DNA of 62,844 nucleotides, filler included, from Squatina squatina (taxonomy: Eukaryota): NCBI GenBank assembly GCA_031763465.1. It is 4 parts of 3 records of this genome, joined end to end, with 100 filler letters (N's around TTAATTAATTAA, not from the genome) between each part and the next. Parts side by side here need not be neighbours in the genome. Positions count along the whole stretch, not along the records: positions 48,093 to 62,844 come from JARFOE010000192.1; 3 more parts are not named here. One strand, written 5' to 3'. The translations under genes were made by a program, and so were the position numbers. Shown in pieces: positions 49,391-62,844 of this stretch; the stretch's first letter is position 1, and the number at the start of each line of letters is the position of its first letter. The notes under the pieces are model-generated. The model made no database searches. It saw nothing but the letters and a program-made list of their open reading frames with translations, and was not told the DNA's origin.

Positions 49391-51807
49391 TCTTTTTCAT
49401 AGGCAGTCCCTCAAGGTCGAGGATGACTTGCTTCCACTCTGGAGTTGTGGGTCCTGAGGTGACTGNNNNNNNNNNNNNNNNNNNNNNNNNNNNNNNNNNN
49501 NNNNNNNNNNNNNNNNNNNNNNNNNNNNNNNNNNNNNNNNNNNNNNNNNNNNNNNNNNNNNNNNNCCACCGACTTGCAAATAGTAAAACAGCACAAATTC
49601 TACGATTTGTGACAATGTTAACTGGACCTCTTATTGTGTCGACAGTTAAGAAAGATACCTCACTAACAACTCAAAACCTATAACTCCCTATCTCAGTGAA
49701 ACTTGGTAAGTACAACTATTAACATATTAGGGACAATACATTAACACATGATATTAATTGCACCAATTTACATAGGCAAATTTTTAAAATCTGGTTAATT
49801 AGAAAACCGGGTTGCCTCATTAATTCAAGGACCATAATTCCTACCTTTATGAAACTCCGATATCATTGTTGTGTGATTAGTATAACATCTAAATTAATTA
49901 TGCAAATTACCTCTATTAACATATGTAAATGTGGTTAATTGCAAAATAAAGATTCTTCTGCAGCTCAAAAATGTCAGCTCTCTCGTGAAATTTGGAGCGT
50001 GTACAGGAAAACCAGCACTGACCTAACTAGAGAGTGGCCCAATGTCACTTAATCTATTATTAGCACAACACTTTGAATTGATATTGTACCTCATATGACA
50101 TACCAATCTTTGTCAACCTATATCTGATGTGCTGACATCATTTTATGCCATTTAATGCAAGAACTGTGTTTGCTAGATTAATCAATCGCCATGTTAAATA
50201 ATGGTATCCCAAATGCATCTTATATGTGAGAAATGACCCTGACAGTCTGATTTGTGCCTTTGAAAGCCACCAAAATAAGTCAGCAACACCTATAAAAAGA
50301 TCTATTAACGTGCCCCTCCCACAAGGACATAATCAATATGCACATATATATAGATATTTCTGTTTAGTTGTATGAATATTTAAAATACTTGGCAAGAAAT
50401 CCAGCAGGGCATGAGGAGAATTTTTTACACAGTGCATTTCAGTAGTAACTTTCAAAAGAGAATTGGATAAATACTTGAAAAGGAAAACAAGGGCTACGGG
50501 NNNNNNNNNNTTCATGCAGTGTAGGACTTTTTAAACTCTGGGTATTAAACTGTAATGTGAATATTCGCAGTATGTAAAATAGAATTTGGTAGCTTCAGAT
50601 ACAATAAAGCATTATGACAACAAAATGAAAATTACAGCATATTGTAGTTATGAATAATGTTGAAATATAAAATATTTTGATTGGGAAGAAATATTTAGCA
50701 GTGGAGTTACTTATAAAAGGAAACTGGAATTTGCTGTGACAGAACATCAACATATTCAATGCACTAAAGGCATCAAAGCAGAATTATACATCAGCAATGT
50801 TGGATAAATGATATTTGCTGGTCAGACAATTGTTCTCAGTTAATATGTATGATCTATAAAACAGACGGGGTCAACCTGAACNNNNNNNNNNNNNNNNNNN
50901 NNNNNNNNNNNNNNNNNNNNNNNNNNNNNNNNNNNNNNNNNNNNNNNNNNNNNNNNNNNNNNNNNNNNNNNNNNNNNNNNNCCCACCGCCACCCCAACCG
51001 GAGCCCCAACCTCTCCCTAACCTCTCCCTCCCTTCTCTCCGCTCCCCGGCTGTGGCCTGGTGCCGCAGGCCTACCCGCCCGATAGACAGATAGTCCGCCA
51101 GCCTCTCAATCTGGCTGGCTGCAGCCAGAAAATGGATTTCACAAATGGTAATCAGGTGTTGCCGTTAAATTCAGCAGATCCTGAGGGAGTCCCGTTCTGG
51201 GTTTCTACAAAACGGTCTTCCTTCCATATACCGTGCCCCCACTGCCCTGCTCCCTCCCCAAAAGTATTGTGACCTCAGTGTCTTGATGTAAACAGTAGGC
51301 AAGGAACTGATACCCAGCGGGAGTCAGCATCATTAGGAAAAGACAGGAGGAAAGGGAAGAATATTGGAAGGAAGAAAAGTAAGGATTTATTTTGTACAAC
51401 AGTTTGGAAGTTTCCTGAAGGCATCCATGTGTATCAATGTGTCTGATGAGAATGTTCTGTAGAAATCCATTAGGTCAGCACTGCTGAGAGTAGTGGAGTC
51501 AGTACACAGCTGGCTAGCAATCTCAGCAGATATATGTGGAGAGGGATTAAAGAGAGAAATGTCTCTGTACCATATGTAGCAATATATTAACTTTTGAAAA
51601 GTCACAAGAGAATTTGGAGGTGAAATTGGTCTCAGGCAGCAATGCAACCAAGCAATAGCGAATTGGCAGCCTGCTTTACACCCCGCCTGATTTTTTTCCC
51701 CATTAAATTCTGCAGACTGCCGATAGTGGGACCAAAGACTAATTTCGCCCCCATCAAAGGAATGACCATTGAAGGTAGAGCGGTGAATTTAGGGCCAAGG
51801 TGTTTCA

Positions 51808-52200
51808 AGAAAGAAAGACTTGCATTTATATAGCACCTTTCACGACCACCGGATGTCCCAAAGCACTTTACAGTCAATGAAATACTTTTTTTTTGAAGTG
51901 TGGTCACTGTTGTAATGTAGGAGATGCGACAGTCAAATTGCGCAAAGCAACCCCCGTAAACAGCAATATGATAAAGACCAGATAATCTGTTTGTGATATT
52001 GATTGAGAGATAAATATTGGCTAGGACACCGGGGATAACTCCCATGCTCTTCTTCGAAATAGTGCCATGGGAACTTTTATGTCCACCTGAGAGCAGTTTA
52101 ATGTCTCATCCGAAAGATGGCACTTCAGACAGTGCAGCGCTCCCTCAGTACTGCACTGGAGTGTCAACCTAGATTTTCGTGTTCAAGTCCCTGGAATGAG
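51808..52200 (-). mobile_element. Deu-domain SINE (SacSINE1-like) with L2-type tail
   Basis: Deu core (GTTTAATGTCTCATCCGAAAGATGGCAC..GACAGTGCAGC..TCCCTCAGTACTGCACTGG) plus tail AAGAAAGACTTGCATTTATATAGCACCTTT. Tail-only copies at ~41385-41525 and ~62118-62215. Confidence 0.85.
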
Positions 52201-53070
52201 CCCATGCTTGCTGACTGCTCACTCAATCAAGATCAACCTCAACAACAAATCTGCAGCAGTCTTGCTTCAGTCGTTCCAAACTTTTTACATTTTTGGAATG
52301 AAAAAAACTCTCATGTTCTCTTCCTAAGGACACTAAAAAAATTGATTTCAGAATGTTTTAAAATGTCTTCATGCTTCTCCCATTCTGATAGTTTCTCTCA
52401 GGATATGGAAAGTACCAGGTTGTAACTTTTTCAGGAGACACATGTGAGGGGGACAAAGAGAGTGTTTCAGNNNNNNNNNNNNNNNNNNNNNNNNNNNNNN
52501 NNNNNNNNNNNNNNNNNNNNNNNNNNNNNNNNNNNNNNNNNNNNNNNNNNNNNNNNNNNNNNNNNNNNNNAGGGAATCTTATTAAACCGTGGACTGCACT
52601 AGAATGCATGTAATTCCTTTCCTCTTAAGACACGCTGCTGAGATAAAGAGAATCCTGCAATATTATAATATGAAGATCATCTACACCCTAAAGAGGTCTT
52701 CAAAAATTAACTTCCAAGTGGTTTGTGATGGTAGCACAGAATCGCTGAGGCAAGAGGAAACTTTCATTTATCTTTTAATTAAACATTTAAAAGAGAATGC
52801 AATGAAAAACATTTCATTAGCTGAGCTTCCTCTGGTAAACCAAAGGGATCATTCTTCATGCAGGAAATGGTTATTTTTAAATTCCCATGTGTTGATTACA
52901 ACTGTCTAATATAAGTATGATATTGGAAGATTCTCTCTTTATCAGTGCACTGTGTTTTAAGAGAGAACGAATTCCACATAGTCTGTGCGGCTGACAGTTA
53001 AACGAAGTGCCTTCAACTTAAAATTCAACTTGGTTTAAAAGAAAACCCCATAAAGCTCAAACAAAAATGA

Positions 53071-53259
53071 CTAGAACTCTTTCGGTAGCCTCTTCTTCCC
53101 CTCAGCATACAGGCTGTCTTGATTATTAGGCTGAGACTTTATGTAGTTCAATCTATGGTCTTTTATGTCGGTAATGTACCTGCTGTTCTCTGCTTGATCA
53201 GACCAGAGGTGAGTGTGAGCATTCCACTCCAGCTGCTGTTTTGTAAACGTGACAAAGTT
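53071..53259 (-). CDS. Candidate terminal coding exon, unidentified (NFVTFTKQQLEWNAHTHLWSDQAENSRY...KKRLPKEF*), 5' end in gap
   Basis: 62 open codons abutting a contig edge, protein-like composition. Confidence 0.45.
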   Translation of the reverse strand, partial: NFVTFTKQQLEWNAHTHLWSDQAENSRYITDIKDHRLNYIKSQPNNQDSLYAEGKKRLPKEF

Positions 53260-55242
53260 NNNNNNNNNNNNNNNNNNNNNNNNNNNNNNNNNNNNNNNNN
53301 NNNNNNNNNNNNNNNNNNNNNNNNNNNNNNNNNNNNNNNNNNNNNNNNNNNNNNNNNNNAACTGGACACCCGGGACAGGCAAGGGAGCAGGAGATGGGTC
53401 TCATTGATGTGGTTAGCATGGAGAGAAAGTAGAGAGAGAGAGATGTGGATTCAGGGCTAGGGCAGGGTGGAGACTGATGAGGTTTGGCTTGGTGGGCAAG
53501 GGGAAGTGGGGAGCAGCAGAGGCATCTGAATGAATGGTCTTAATCTTAGTGACAAAAAATTTCATGAGCCCCTCTTATTTACTGTTTAAGGTGAGGCTGG
53601 AGGAGACAAGGGAGAGATTTTTAAGAAGAATGATTGGCAGGGGAGAAAAGTTGGAGGTTATATTTGCTTTCCTGGAAGAATGCATGGTTTCGGCAGAGGA
53701 GAGTGAGGTCCAATAGTGCTTGATGCGGCCAACCAGATCTGGTGATGGGCAATCTACAGAAAACAAAATCAGTCCTGTGAGTGAGTGAGTGAGGCTAAGT
53801 AAATCATGTGGATAACATGGGTGGCATAAATCCCACATTGAACAGCACAACATTGAGAATTCTGTTTATGTGATAAATGCCGTATAAACTATGGTCATTC
53901 AATTTTTTTTAATCCATTATATTATAAATCGGAGTGACTCCTGCCAATGACCCAGAAGTTGTCAGCTCACAAATTTAAAAAATAACAGAAGGGGTTCTGT
54001 ATAAAAGACAACTCTCATTTTTTTCCCTTGTTGGAAATAGTTTTATTATAAAGAAATGCAAATAAAATTAAAAACGCACATAATTTTCCCCATTGGCAAT
54101 TTGATTTATAAACATGTGATTAAAAAATAAACACTAAGTGATCGAGCAATTGTTTTTATCCTCTTGCTCACCTTGCTTTCTGAGTTCCAAAAGGAGCTCC
54201 TTGAAACTGTTTCACTTCCGTTGAGTGATCAGCCGAGGTCGGATATTGACAGCGGCTTCAGACTCTATCGAGTTACAATGAGCTGCTGGTTCATTTCAGG
54301 CTGACATTGAATGTTGCGCGACGGCTCCTAGCATCTGGGAACGTGCATCATCAGGGCGCATAATGCACGACTACTTCCAGTTCGCTGACAGCAGTAGCAT
54401 CCATTATAAATATATATTTCTTGTTTGCCAATTTTCTCCTCTCCTGAAGGTACTGGTTCTTGTGGAGCACAGTTCCACAGATGCCAACAGCCTTCAACAA
54501 TTTACCAAAGTGGACACTATTTGTGTATTTGCTTAGATGTGTGTGTTGGAAGTGGAGGACACATGAACACCTTCCGGTGGGATTCACATGATGATGATCA
54601 GAACTGGGAGCACTCTCATCTCTGCAGACTTCATCAGTTAATTCAGATAACTCTGTATAGACAGGCGATCAAACCTGGAACCTTTTGGACCGCATGGCCT
54701 GTGCTACACTTGGCAGTATATTTACCCACTAGGTCACTGGGCCAATTGAGTAAGAGGCATTTTAAATAATTTTCTTATATAGTACGTTCAGTTCTAAACC
54801 TTCCATCTTATGTGATGTAGTTGCTTTATGGCAGCTGTTTACATTGGCTTTTGTAAACTAGGACATATGGTTGACTGGTACTAAGTGTGCTGGCTTCACA
54901 GCCAAATGGTCTCCTGTTTGTATGGCCGGGCCCTTTGCTACTCGATGCTGCCTCTCATGACTCTTGGCTGTGATGTTGGATAGAGCACTTTACACACTTC
55001 TCATAAGAACAAGAAAGGGTGAACACATATGGCTAAAAATGACATTTGTTTGCTTCAGTTGACTTTAGCTTAATGTTTTGTGTGACATTCTTTAGTCCAC
55101 TATTTCAACACAAATATTAACCCATTTATTTAATCTGCAGACAGGCGATTGTGTCAAGGGTTTTTCTGCTAATATGGCTCGGTTTTAGTTCCATCGAGGT
55201 GGTATCAGTGATTTGCTTGTCCAGAAAGGGAATGATACTTAC

Positions 55243-55329
55243 TCAAATTGTCCTCATCTTCAGTATTTTCCAAACCAGGGCTGAAATACTTGAATGGACC
55301 GATGAACGAAGAAAGTGTGTTTAATTTAT
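55243..55329 (-). CDS. Candidate internal exon, unidentified ((D)KLNTLSSFIGPFKYFSPGLENTEDEDNL)
   Basis: 87-nt symmetric phase 1-1 exon with acceptor cttcttttttcag and donor gtaagt; only one frame is open. Confidence 0.5.
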
Positions 55330-58300
55330 CTGAAAAAAGAAGCATATAATAGAACATTAGTTTTATTAGACTTTCATGTCTTAGGTCCCAAATATCCCAT
55401 CCATACAGCATTATGGGTTATATTTTCCTATGTTTGAGAAAAATAGGAGAAATGCATGTTATTCATGAAATTAATGATCTGCTAACAAAATCACAGGCAT
55501 ATGTGGTTTAAAGATCTGTGATTCCTCTGAATATATCTCTTTCTAAGTGGAAATGGCTAAAAAAGAAAATCTCAATGCATCTGCAACATCTCTCATGTGT
55601 GACGCAATAACAAATGTCACAAAGGTTTCTTATCCAGCAATGGAGTGCGCACATTGTTTCATGACAGAGATCAAAGCCAAATTTAGTGGACCCAATTTAT
55701 AGAGACCCGCCTCTGGAAGCACTGATCACTCACTGCTGTAGTAGAGTGACATGAGCAGAGTTTGGTACAAAAAGATGGGCCTCCAAGGAGGCAGCTAGAG
55801 TGGTGGGATGTCACAGATTGAGTCAACATGGTCTCAGTAGTGAGAAGTCTGGAATAAGTTCGTAAGTGGCCAATCAAACAATCCAGTCAGGCAAGGCACT
55901 TTGCATTCTTACAGAATGTGAGATGATGTTCTTATTAGGGAAAGCAATCTTCTTTCGCAGTGAAAATAGGATGCAATTTTTGTACAGATTATGAGAGTGC
56001 AAACTTAATTCACCCTGTGCTACACAGCAATACAAACCAAACTGTTAACATATGAAATGTGCTGTGTTTATTTAAGCTCATAAATCCAGTGAAATTTAGG
56101 CACTTGATTCGAAGGCCTGTCTGTCAGTGCACGGCGATCAGCTGAACAATACCACCAACCATTAGATCCGATAGACAACATAGCAGGAGGATGACCATCC
56201 GTGTCAATGGGAAGACAATTATAAGTTGTCTGGGTTTGTCAATTTGACACAATTTCAGCATACAATAGATTTTAAGATACTTTCCATTCACACTATGGTT
56301 CAAAGTATTTGTAATGGCAGGGATTGTGTGACTGTAGAGATGTAGAGACCCTGGAGTATATCATTGAACACTTCCCTCATAGGAAATTTGCAGGCAGCCC
56401 ACAAGATATATTCAAAAGGGAGTTAGATGTGGCCCTTACGGCTAGGGGAATCAGGGGGTATGGAGAGAAAGCAGATACGGGGTACTGAGTTGAAAGATCA
56501 GCCATGATCGTGTTGAATGGCGGTGCAGGCTCGAAGGGCCGAATGGCCTACTCCTGCACCTATTTTCTATGTTTCTAAGATATCCACACTGTTACACTGG
56601 AAACTTCTGGATACCCAACTTAGACACTGACATTTGATTTGCTTTACTACTACTGTATGAAAGAAGAAGAAGAGATGGCAAGGATTTTTCTGATTAAAAG
56701 TAAGCAGTCTGCATCCTGCAACCTGTCTTAATAAATGCAGGAGATAACCAAGGTTGAAAGAGTAAAAGGCGATGTAGATCAGGAAGCAGGTGATGCCAGG
56801 CTAAGGTTTGAAAAGCCTATAGACTATAGGAGGAAGGAAAAACTGAGAACATTCAGATCCTGGGACAAATGGAGTTGGAGTAAGAGATGGTCTGATGATC
56901 CTCCCCAGATTTAACACAAAGAGGAAGGAGGCATTATGCTCATCTTCTCCTTTAAAGTTATGAATATGGAAGAATGGTTTACCACATAACAAGTTGCAAT
57001 GGTAAAATTCTAGGCCATTCATCTTCTATATAATTTACATTGTATACATCAACTGGGAAACCAGCTACCTAAAAATTCTCTCATTACAGAATAAGTTTCC
57101 TTATAAATGAATGGGAGACATTTTTACATGATCCCAGTTCCTTGTGGGTATTGCATGAGCTCTAACTGTGCATCATTAAAGAATAGCCGTGACACTTTGA
57201 TTGTTGTCAAATGTTACATTCATCCTCGCGGAAATCAACAGGGGTGAAATCTTTCCTTGGCGGCAGCACAAAATAGGCGTCAGAAACAGCAGCCTGTTGT
57301 ACACAATGTACAGGAAAATCGGGTGGCGTTTAAAACTGGATATCGATTGATTCGCTGTCACCCGTTTTGTGATATTGCCAGCGTTGAACCTCACCCCAAT
57401 ATGTCTTCATTCACACAATGTTCAAAACAATTGAGGTAGAAAAGCAGATAGGTTTAGGGAGAGGATTCCAGAGCTTAAGTCGAGGTGGCAGAAGGCACGG
57501 CCACTGATGGTGGTACAATGAAAATCGGGGATGTGCAAAAGACCAGGAGGAGAGTAGAGATCCAGGATGGTTGTAGGGCGTGAGGAGGTTAGAGATAGGG
57601 AAGNNNNNNNNNNNNNNNNNNNNNNNNNNNNNNNNNNNNNNNNNNNNNNNNNNNNNNNNNNNNNNNNNNNNNNNNNNNNNNNNNNNNNNNNNNNNNNNNN
57701 NNNTAGAACTAGGTCATTCAGGTGTGAAACGAGGAAGCAATTTTTCACCCAAAGGGTTGTGGAACGGTGGAACTCCCTCCCCCTGGGGATGCTGGGTCAA
57801 TTGTGATTTTCAAAACCGAGATCGCTAGATTTTTTGTTAGGTAAGGGTATTCAAGGTATATGGAGCAAAGATGGCTAAATGGAGTTGAGGTACAGATTAG
57901 CCATGATCTAATTGAATGGCAGAACATGATCCAGTGGCTGAATAGCCTATTCCTATATTCCTATGTTCGATTCCTATATCATAAATATTCCTCTTTTTTA
58001 ATTAACTATTAAATAACCTTTTAAAAATAGCATTGTGAGACAGGTGAGAAAATGCTTTTCAGGAAGCAGTTTCCATGGGTGTCTCAATCCTTGCTGCATC
58101 TATGTCAAAAGGCAAAACTTGCATTCATCTGACCAGGACCCTACCAGGAGGAGGCCACCATAGATCTTTTCAGAAGGTTGGCGGAAAGTGCAGAATTGAT
58201 GGAACCTGTTGTGTTATTCAAATACTCTGATTTGCACTATATGCTATCTGAACTTTTCCACACACACAGTGATTATGCACAAGCTCATAATGGAGCAATT

Positions 58301-58823
58301 AATGTCAGTACCCAAATGGATAAGTGTGCTTATTTTCTCATAATGTACCATCTGCTCCTATGACAGAGCAAGCAGAACAGTTGCCCACTAGAATCTAAAG
58401 ACTAACATTCACCAGAACACCCCTCGTCAGCACCACATTTATGTTAAGCTCCAGCACAGATACAGACACTTTGCAAGAACTAGATAACGATATAGCTGTG
58501 GAATTACAGGATGGGCACGGAACACTTCTGATGAGGAGGTAGCACCGATGCTGGTCCATATATGGTCAACTGATGAGTTCTATGAGGAGAAAGAACTGAG
58601 CAGGCCTATTTTTGAACTGAGGCTGGTACAGCAGAGGCATAAATATATTCAAGAAGGTGTTAGATATAGTTCTTATGGCTAAAGAGATCAATGGATATGG
58701 GGAGAAAGCAGGAACAGGGTACTGAATTTGGATGATCAGCCATGATCATATTGAATGGCGGAGCAGGCTCGAAGGGCCGAATGGCCTACTCCTGTTCCTA
58801 TTTTCTATTTTTCTATGTTTCCA

Positions 58824-59480
58824 TAGGGAGGGGCGAGGCCATGAAGGGATTTAAACACAAGGATCAGCATTTTAAAGTGGAGGCGTTAGAACGAAGTTAG
58901 GTCAGCAAGGACAGGGATGATTGGTGAATGGTACTTGGTATGGGATAGACTGTGGCCAGCAGCATTTTGGATCAGCTGATGTTTACGGAGAGTGGAGGAT
59001 GGGCGGCTGGCCTTGAGAGCATTGCAATACTGAAGTTTGGAAGTGATAAAAGATGTGGAGAGGGTTTCAGCAGAAGTTGGGCTGAGGTAACTGTGGAGAC
59101 AGGCAATGTTATGGAGATGGAAGTAGGCAGTCTTCGTGATGGAGAGGATATGGAATCGGAAGTTTAGTGCGGGGTCAAATACGAAGCTGAGGCTATGAAC
59201 AGTCTGGGTCAGCCTGAGACGATGGAGACAATGGCTGGGAAAGGAGATGGAATCTGTGGCAAGGGTACAGAGTTTGTGTTGGGGGCTGAAGACAATGGCT
59301 TTGGTCTTCTCATTATTTTCCTGCAGGAAATTGCAGGTCATCCAAGATCTGACAACGCAGGCTGTGGCGGGGTCAGGAGAGATAGAGTTGGATGTCATCT
59401 GCTTACATGTGGAAACTGACCCATTGTCTGCAGATGATGTTGCCAAGGGGCAGCATGTGGATGAGGAACAGGATTGACCA
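58824..59480 (-). mobile_element. L2 LINE ORF2 reverse-transcriptase region, decayed
   Basis: Minus strand reads FLIHMLPLGNII..FHM*ADDIQLY (YADD motif with a stop), continuing into ITKTAYFHLHNIA. Confidence 0.9.
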
Positions 59481-60876
59481 AGGATTTTACTTTGAGAGAG
59501 TCCAGAAGGGGTGGAGCCAAGTGGGGCAAATCCCACTCAGCTGGATAATGGAGGAAAGTCGCTGGAGTAGGATGATAAAGATCAAGGGGGTACAATTCAA
59601 CTATGTTTTGCCCTGTTAGCGCCTCCGAGGGGCGCTAACAGAGGGAAAATGCACAAAATGGCGCCAGGAGGTGGCCACCATCATGCTAATCAACTATGAA
59701 GGACATTACAACTGACACAGATCTTTTCCTCACCTGACTTCCACAATCCATTTCCAGTCTGGGGTTGCTAAATACTGATCAGGATCAGAAACCCTGGGTA
59801 TTTTCCTCTTTTTAAAATAATTTTTTTTTCACTCCACTGACACTGAGATCAACTGAAATGTCCCAGCATCATCTCAGTTGAAGTTAGCTAGCTCAGTACA
59901 GACCAAGTGATTGGACATTGGATTTTCTTGATCTATATGGTTCAGTACCATAGCACATGTTGTAGTACTCACTTTTAAACAATATCATCCTCATAGCCTA
60001 GAAATAACTGTTTGTGATATTAGCATATGAGCCCTTAATGATATTCCTTTATCTACTATTTTGAGAGGCATAAATCTATTGAAATGATTTAGAAATTGAT
60101 AGAGATAGTCCTAAGTAAAATTTTAAATTAAATTTCTGCCTGCTCCAGCGCAGTGCTGGAATTATTTATGAGATGAGGTGCAGATTGACGAGCTTTTGGG
60201 GGAATCGCCTCATCTGCACTCAGTGCTTCTCTCATGATTGTGACTAAGATTGAGAATTCAGCATGTAGGAAAACATAGGAGCAAACCAGATGCCCTACCA
60301 CTTAATACAGAGGTCCATTAATGCACCAATGCCATGTGTCATGTCATTTTTGGAAATATTTTTGTGCCCTTTTCATGATCATTTATACCCCNNNNNNNNN
60401 NNNNNNNNNNNNNNNNNNNNNNNNNNNNNNNNNNNNNNNNNNNNNNNNNNNNNNNNNNNNNNNNNNNNNNNNNNNNNNNNNNNNNNNNNNNCTGTCCCCC
60501 AGCCCTGTGAAGTCAGTTGCACATGGTCAATGCTAGGTAGATGAGTAAGGCCGACAGATATCGTTGGCAGCATCTTGGTGGATGACACACTGTGATTGGG
60601 GTGCTTCTGGGAAAGCATCCAACATTATGGTTCATCAGGCATTCACGCAGTGGGCGTGCTGTCCCAGCTCCCATTGGGAAGCGAAGCCTCTGCATGTACT
60701 AGTTGTCTGCCAAAATGGTGTCTTGCCAGTTCTGACTGCGGATGTGGGTACGAGGATCCTTGCGACTGGGGACTAATCAGCTCTTGTGCAGCCTTACCTG
60801 CCTGCCATCCCTTTGTGGGCCTGTTTATTATTCCACAAGGGGGAGAAATTCAGTATAGCCCCATTTGGGGCACTAA

Positions 60877-61115
60877 GGGGCCGAAATTGCTCTGCTTTGC
60901 GCCTCCCGTTAGCGCCTCCGGGGGGTGTGAATGGGGCACAAAACTGTTTTCATCGGTAGGGGGTGGGGGGATCACTACCGGCTCTTGTGAAACTGCACGG
61001 GAGTTAGCGGAGGTGCTGACACGGTAGAGTCCCTGGCCGCCGCGCAACTGCCGATGATGTCATTGCCCCTCCGAAGCGCTAACGGGGCGGGAAAAAAAAG
61101 GGGAATTTCGACTCC
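60877..61115. mobile_element. MITE-like element with short terminal inverted repeats
   Basis: GGGGCCGAAATT...AATTTCGACTCC termini and subterminal CCCGTTAGCGC/GCGCTAACGGG. A related end lies at ~59586-59680. Confidence 0.7.
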
Positions 61116-62844
61116 ATATGCCTTATTAACATTGCACACACAGCATGACGAGATTTTCTGATCACTACTTCTAGTGTAATTATAAACCAATTGTTTGAAC
61201 GCTTTAAAGGTTTAGCCAGAAATAGCAAACAGATAGAATCGTCCTGCTCTCCTCACAATGCGGCTTAAACGTCGCAAGCAGAGAAAGTCTTGCCTCACTG
61301 TTGGGGCAGATTAGAGGGAGCTTTACCCAACATCTGTGGGAGCCTAATGCTGACACCGGGAAACATAGGGAGATGTTCCATTCCTCAGCACTGACATGCT
61401 TCAACTTGATAAGCACAAATTCAACAAAAAGAGTTTACATTCAAAGCGAAAAAGTATAAATCTGACAGTTAATTAAGAGAACAAGCAGCCGCTGAGCCTT
61501 TCTCTGCAAAAGTGGGCCGTCACCTGTAATTATTTCATCCATGTGCAAACTCCAGCAGGATTTCAAATAATATAAAACAGCAAACCTTTCCTAACCCCAC
61601 GTTATTAAATCATATCAATTAGAAAAATAGGTCAAAAAGCTCTTTACCTTTTGAAACGCCCAGCAATCATGAACGGCGAGTACTTCACAGAAGTAGAATT
61701 TTTTAAAAAAGACTATAATAATTTTAAGGAACACACACTGCACTGTCAGCAGCAGAACCAGAACACCACATTGGCCATCTCATGGGGACATCACACAATT
61801 GGTTTCACTTACTGTATAAATTAGGCCCATGTGGACCCTCATTTGCACAGTTGTTTGTGCCGTATATTATCCTGGAAATTAGGCTGCGCTGAAGCAATAT
61901 GAGCTCCCTGTGGGTGAGACTCTGAGCTGGGGGTGTGCATTCAGAAAACTGCCCCTATAATGTACCATATATCGGTGCAAAACCTCTATCTGTAGGTGCA
62001 ATTCCATGATTCAGTGCTCCCAGTGGGAAGTGATTCTCACAGGGAAATCGTGGGTCTGGGTTTTTCTGAGCAGTGTCTGCAATCTACTTTCTACCAAGCT
62101 GCATTCTGGAATAAGGAAGAAAGACTTGCATTTCTATAGCGCCTTTCACCTCCTCAGGTTGTCCCAAAGTGCTTTACAGCCAACGAAGTACATTTGAAAT
62201 GTCGTCACTGTTTTAAGCCTTATAAATTGAGGCTGTAAATAGATGAGAAACAGTTGTATTGTTGTAACTCTGTCCTTATCATTTCCCTCAATATCACGGC
62301 ATTTGAAAAGGCAGAGAGATAATAGCAACGACATACTTAAACACACGTTTAATAATGATCAAGGTCACTGATTTGCACTCTCCTTTCAAATATGGATGCA
62401 GTTGTTTGAATGTCACCCTAAAATACCACTAACCATTCCATAGTACAGTAGAATAAAATCACAATTTAACATGCAATCACCATAAGACAGTGACTCTGAT
62501 AATTTACTTGAGATAATACAGTGTATGCTCTGACTCACAGGGAGCCATACCACAGGAGGTCTGCTACAGCTAAAATAAGGGATAAAAGAAAGAGAGTGTA
62601 AGCCTATAACCTAACATAAAGCTTTACAAGGCCTCTGCGTACATCTCCCAATGCCTTTGAAACCCTTCGATCTCATTCTTACTGGCAGGTATCCATTTTA
62701 TCTATATTTACCTGATTTCAGGTGACTATTTAACACAATAATCACCTGCTGTCGCAGGCAAATTTCTGAGGTATTTTCCCTGGAGATGAGCAAGCTCTCA
62801 AATGATGCATTCATCTATCATGGGGAGGTTTCTGGTAAACAATC

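Noticed and set aside
58886-59536. 216-aa ORF as an active reverse transcriptase
   Set aside because: L2 relic; the YADD motif carries a stop codon and frames are shifted.

Overview
Vertebrate genomic DNA, almost certainly from a cartilaginous fish (shark-type CR1/HER1-like LINE tails, Deu-domain SINEs, tail-less type I GnRH receptor). The window is not contiguous. Three 100-nt spacers (44 N + TTAATTAATTAA + 44 N, at 13265-13364, 35284-35383 and 47993-48092) join four unrelated, heavily gapped scaffolds. Scaffold 1 (1-13264): a 30-bp satellite fused to the 3' exons of EPC1, a candidate alternative terminal EPC1 exon, then four KIF5B motor-domain exons. Scaffold 2 (13365-35283): a CpG-island promoter, a decayed Tx1-type LINE ORF1, several unidentified candidate exons and one exon of a GCC2/GCC3 Cys-repeat protein. 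Scaffold 3 (35384-47992): UBA6 exons followed by two convergent GnRH-receptor last exons; one is a canonical tail-less type I (...DPLIYGYFSL*), the other a divergent paralog lacking the DPxxY tyrosine. Scaffold 4 (48093-62844): mostly repeats plus a weak chain of minus-strand candidate exons. Almost all ORF-track entries are spurious; real coding sequence lies in short spliced exons. Gene identities were recognised from memory of the protein families, not from database searches. The best leads are the GnRHR pair and the EPC1 alternative C-terminus; I found no convincing wholly new system.
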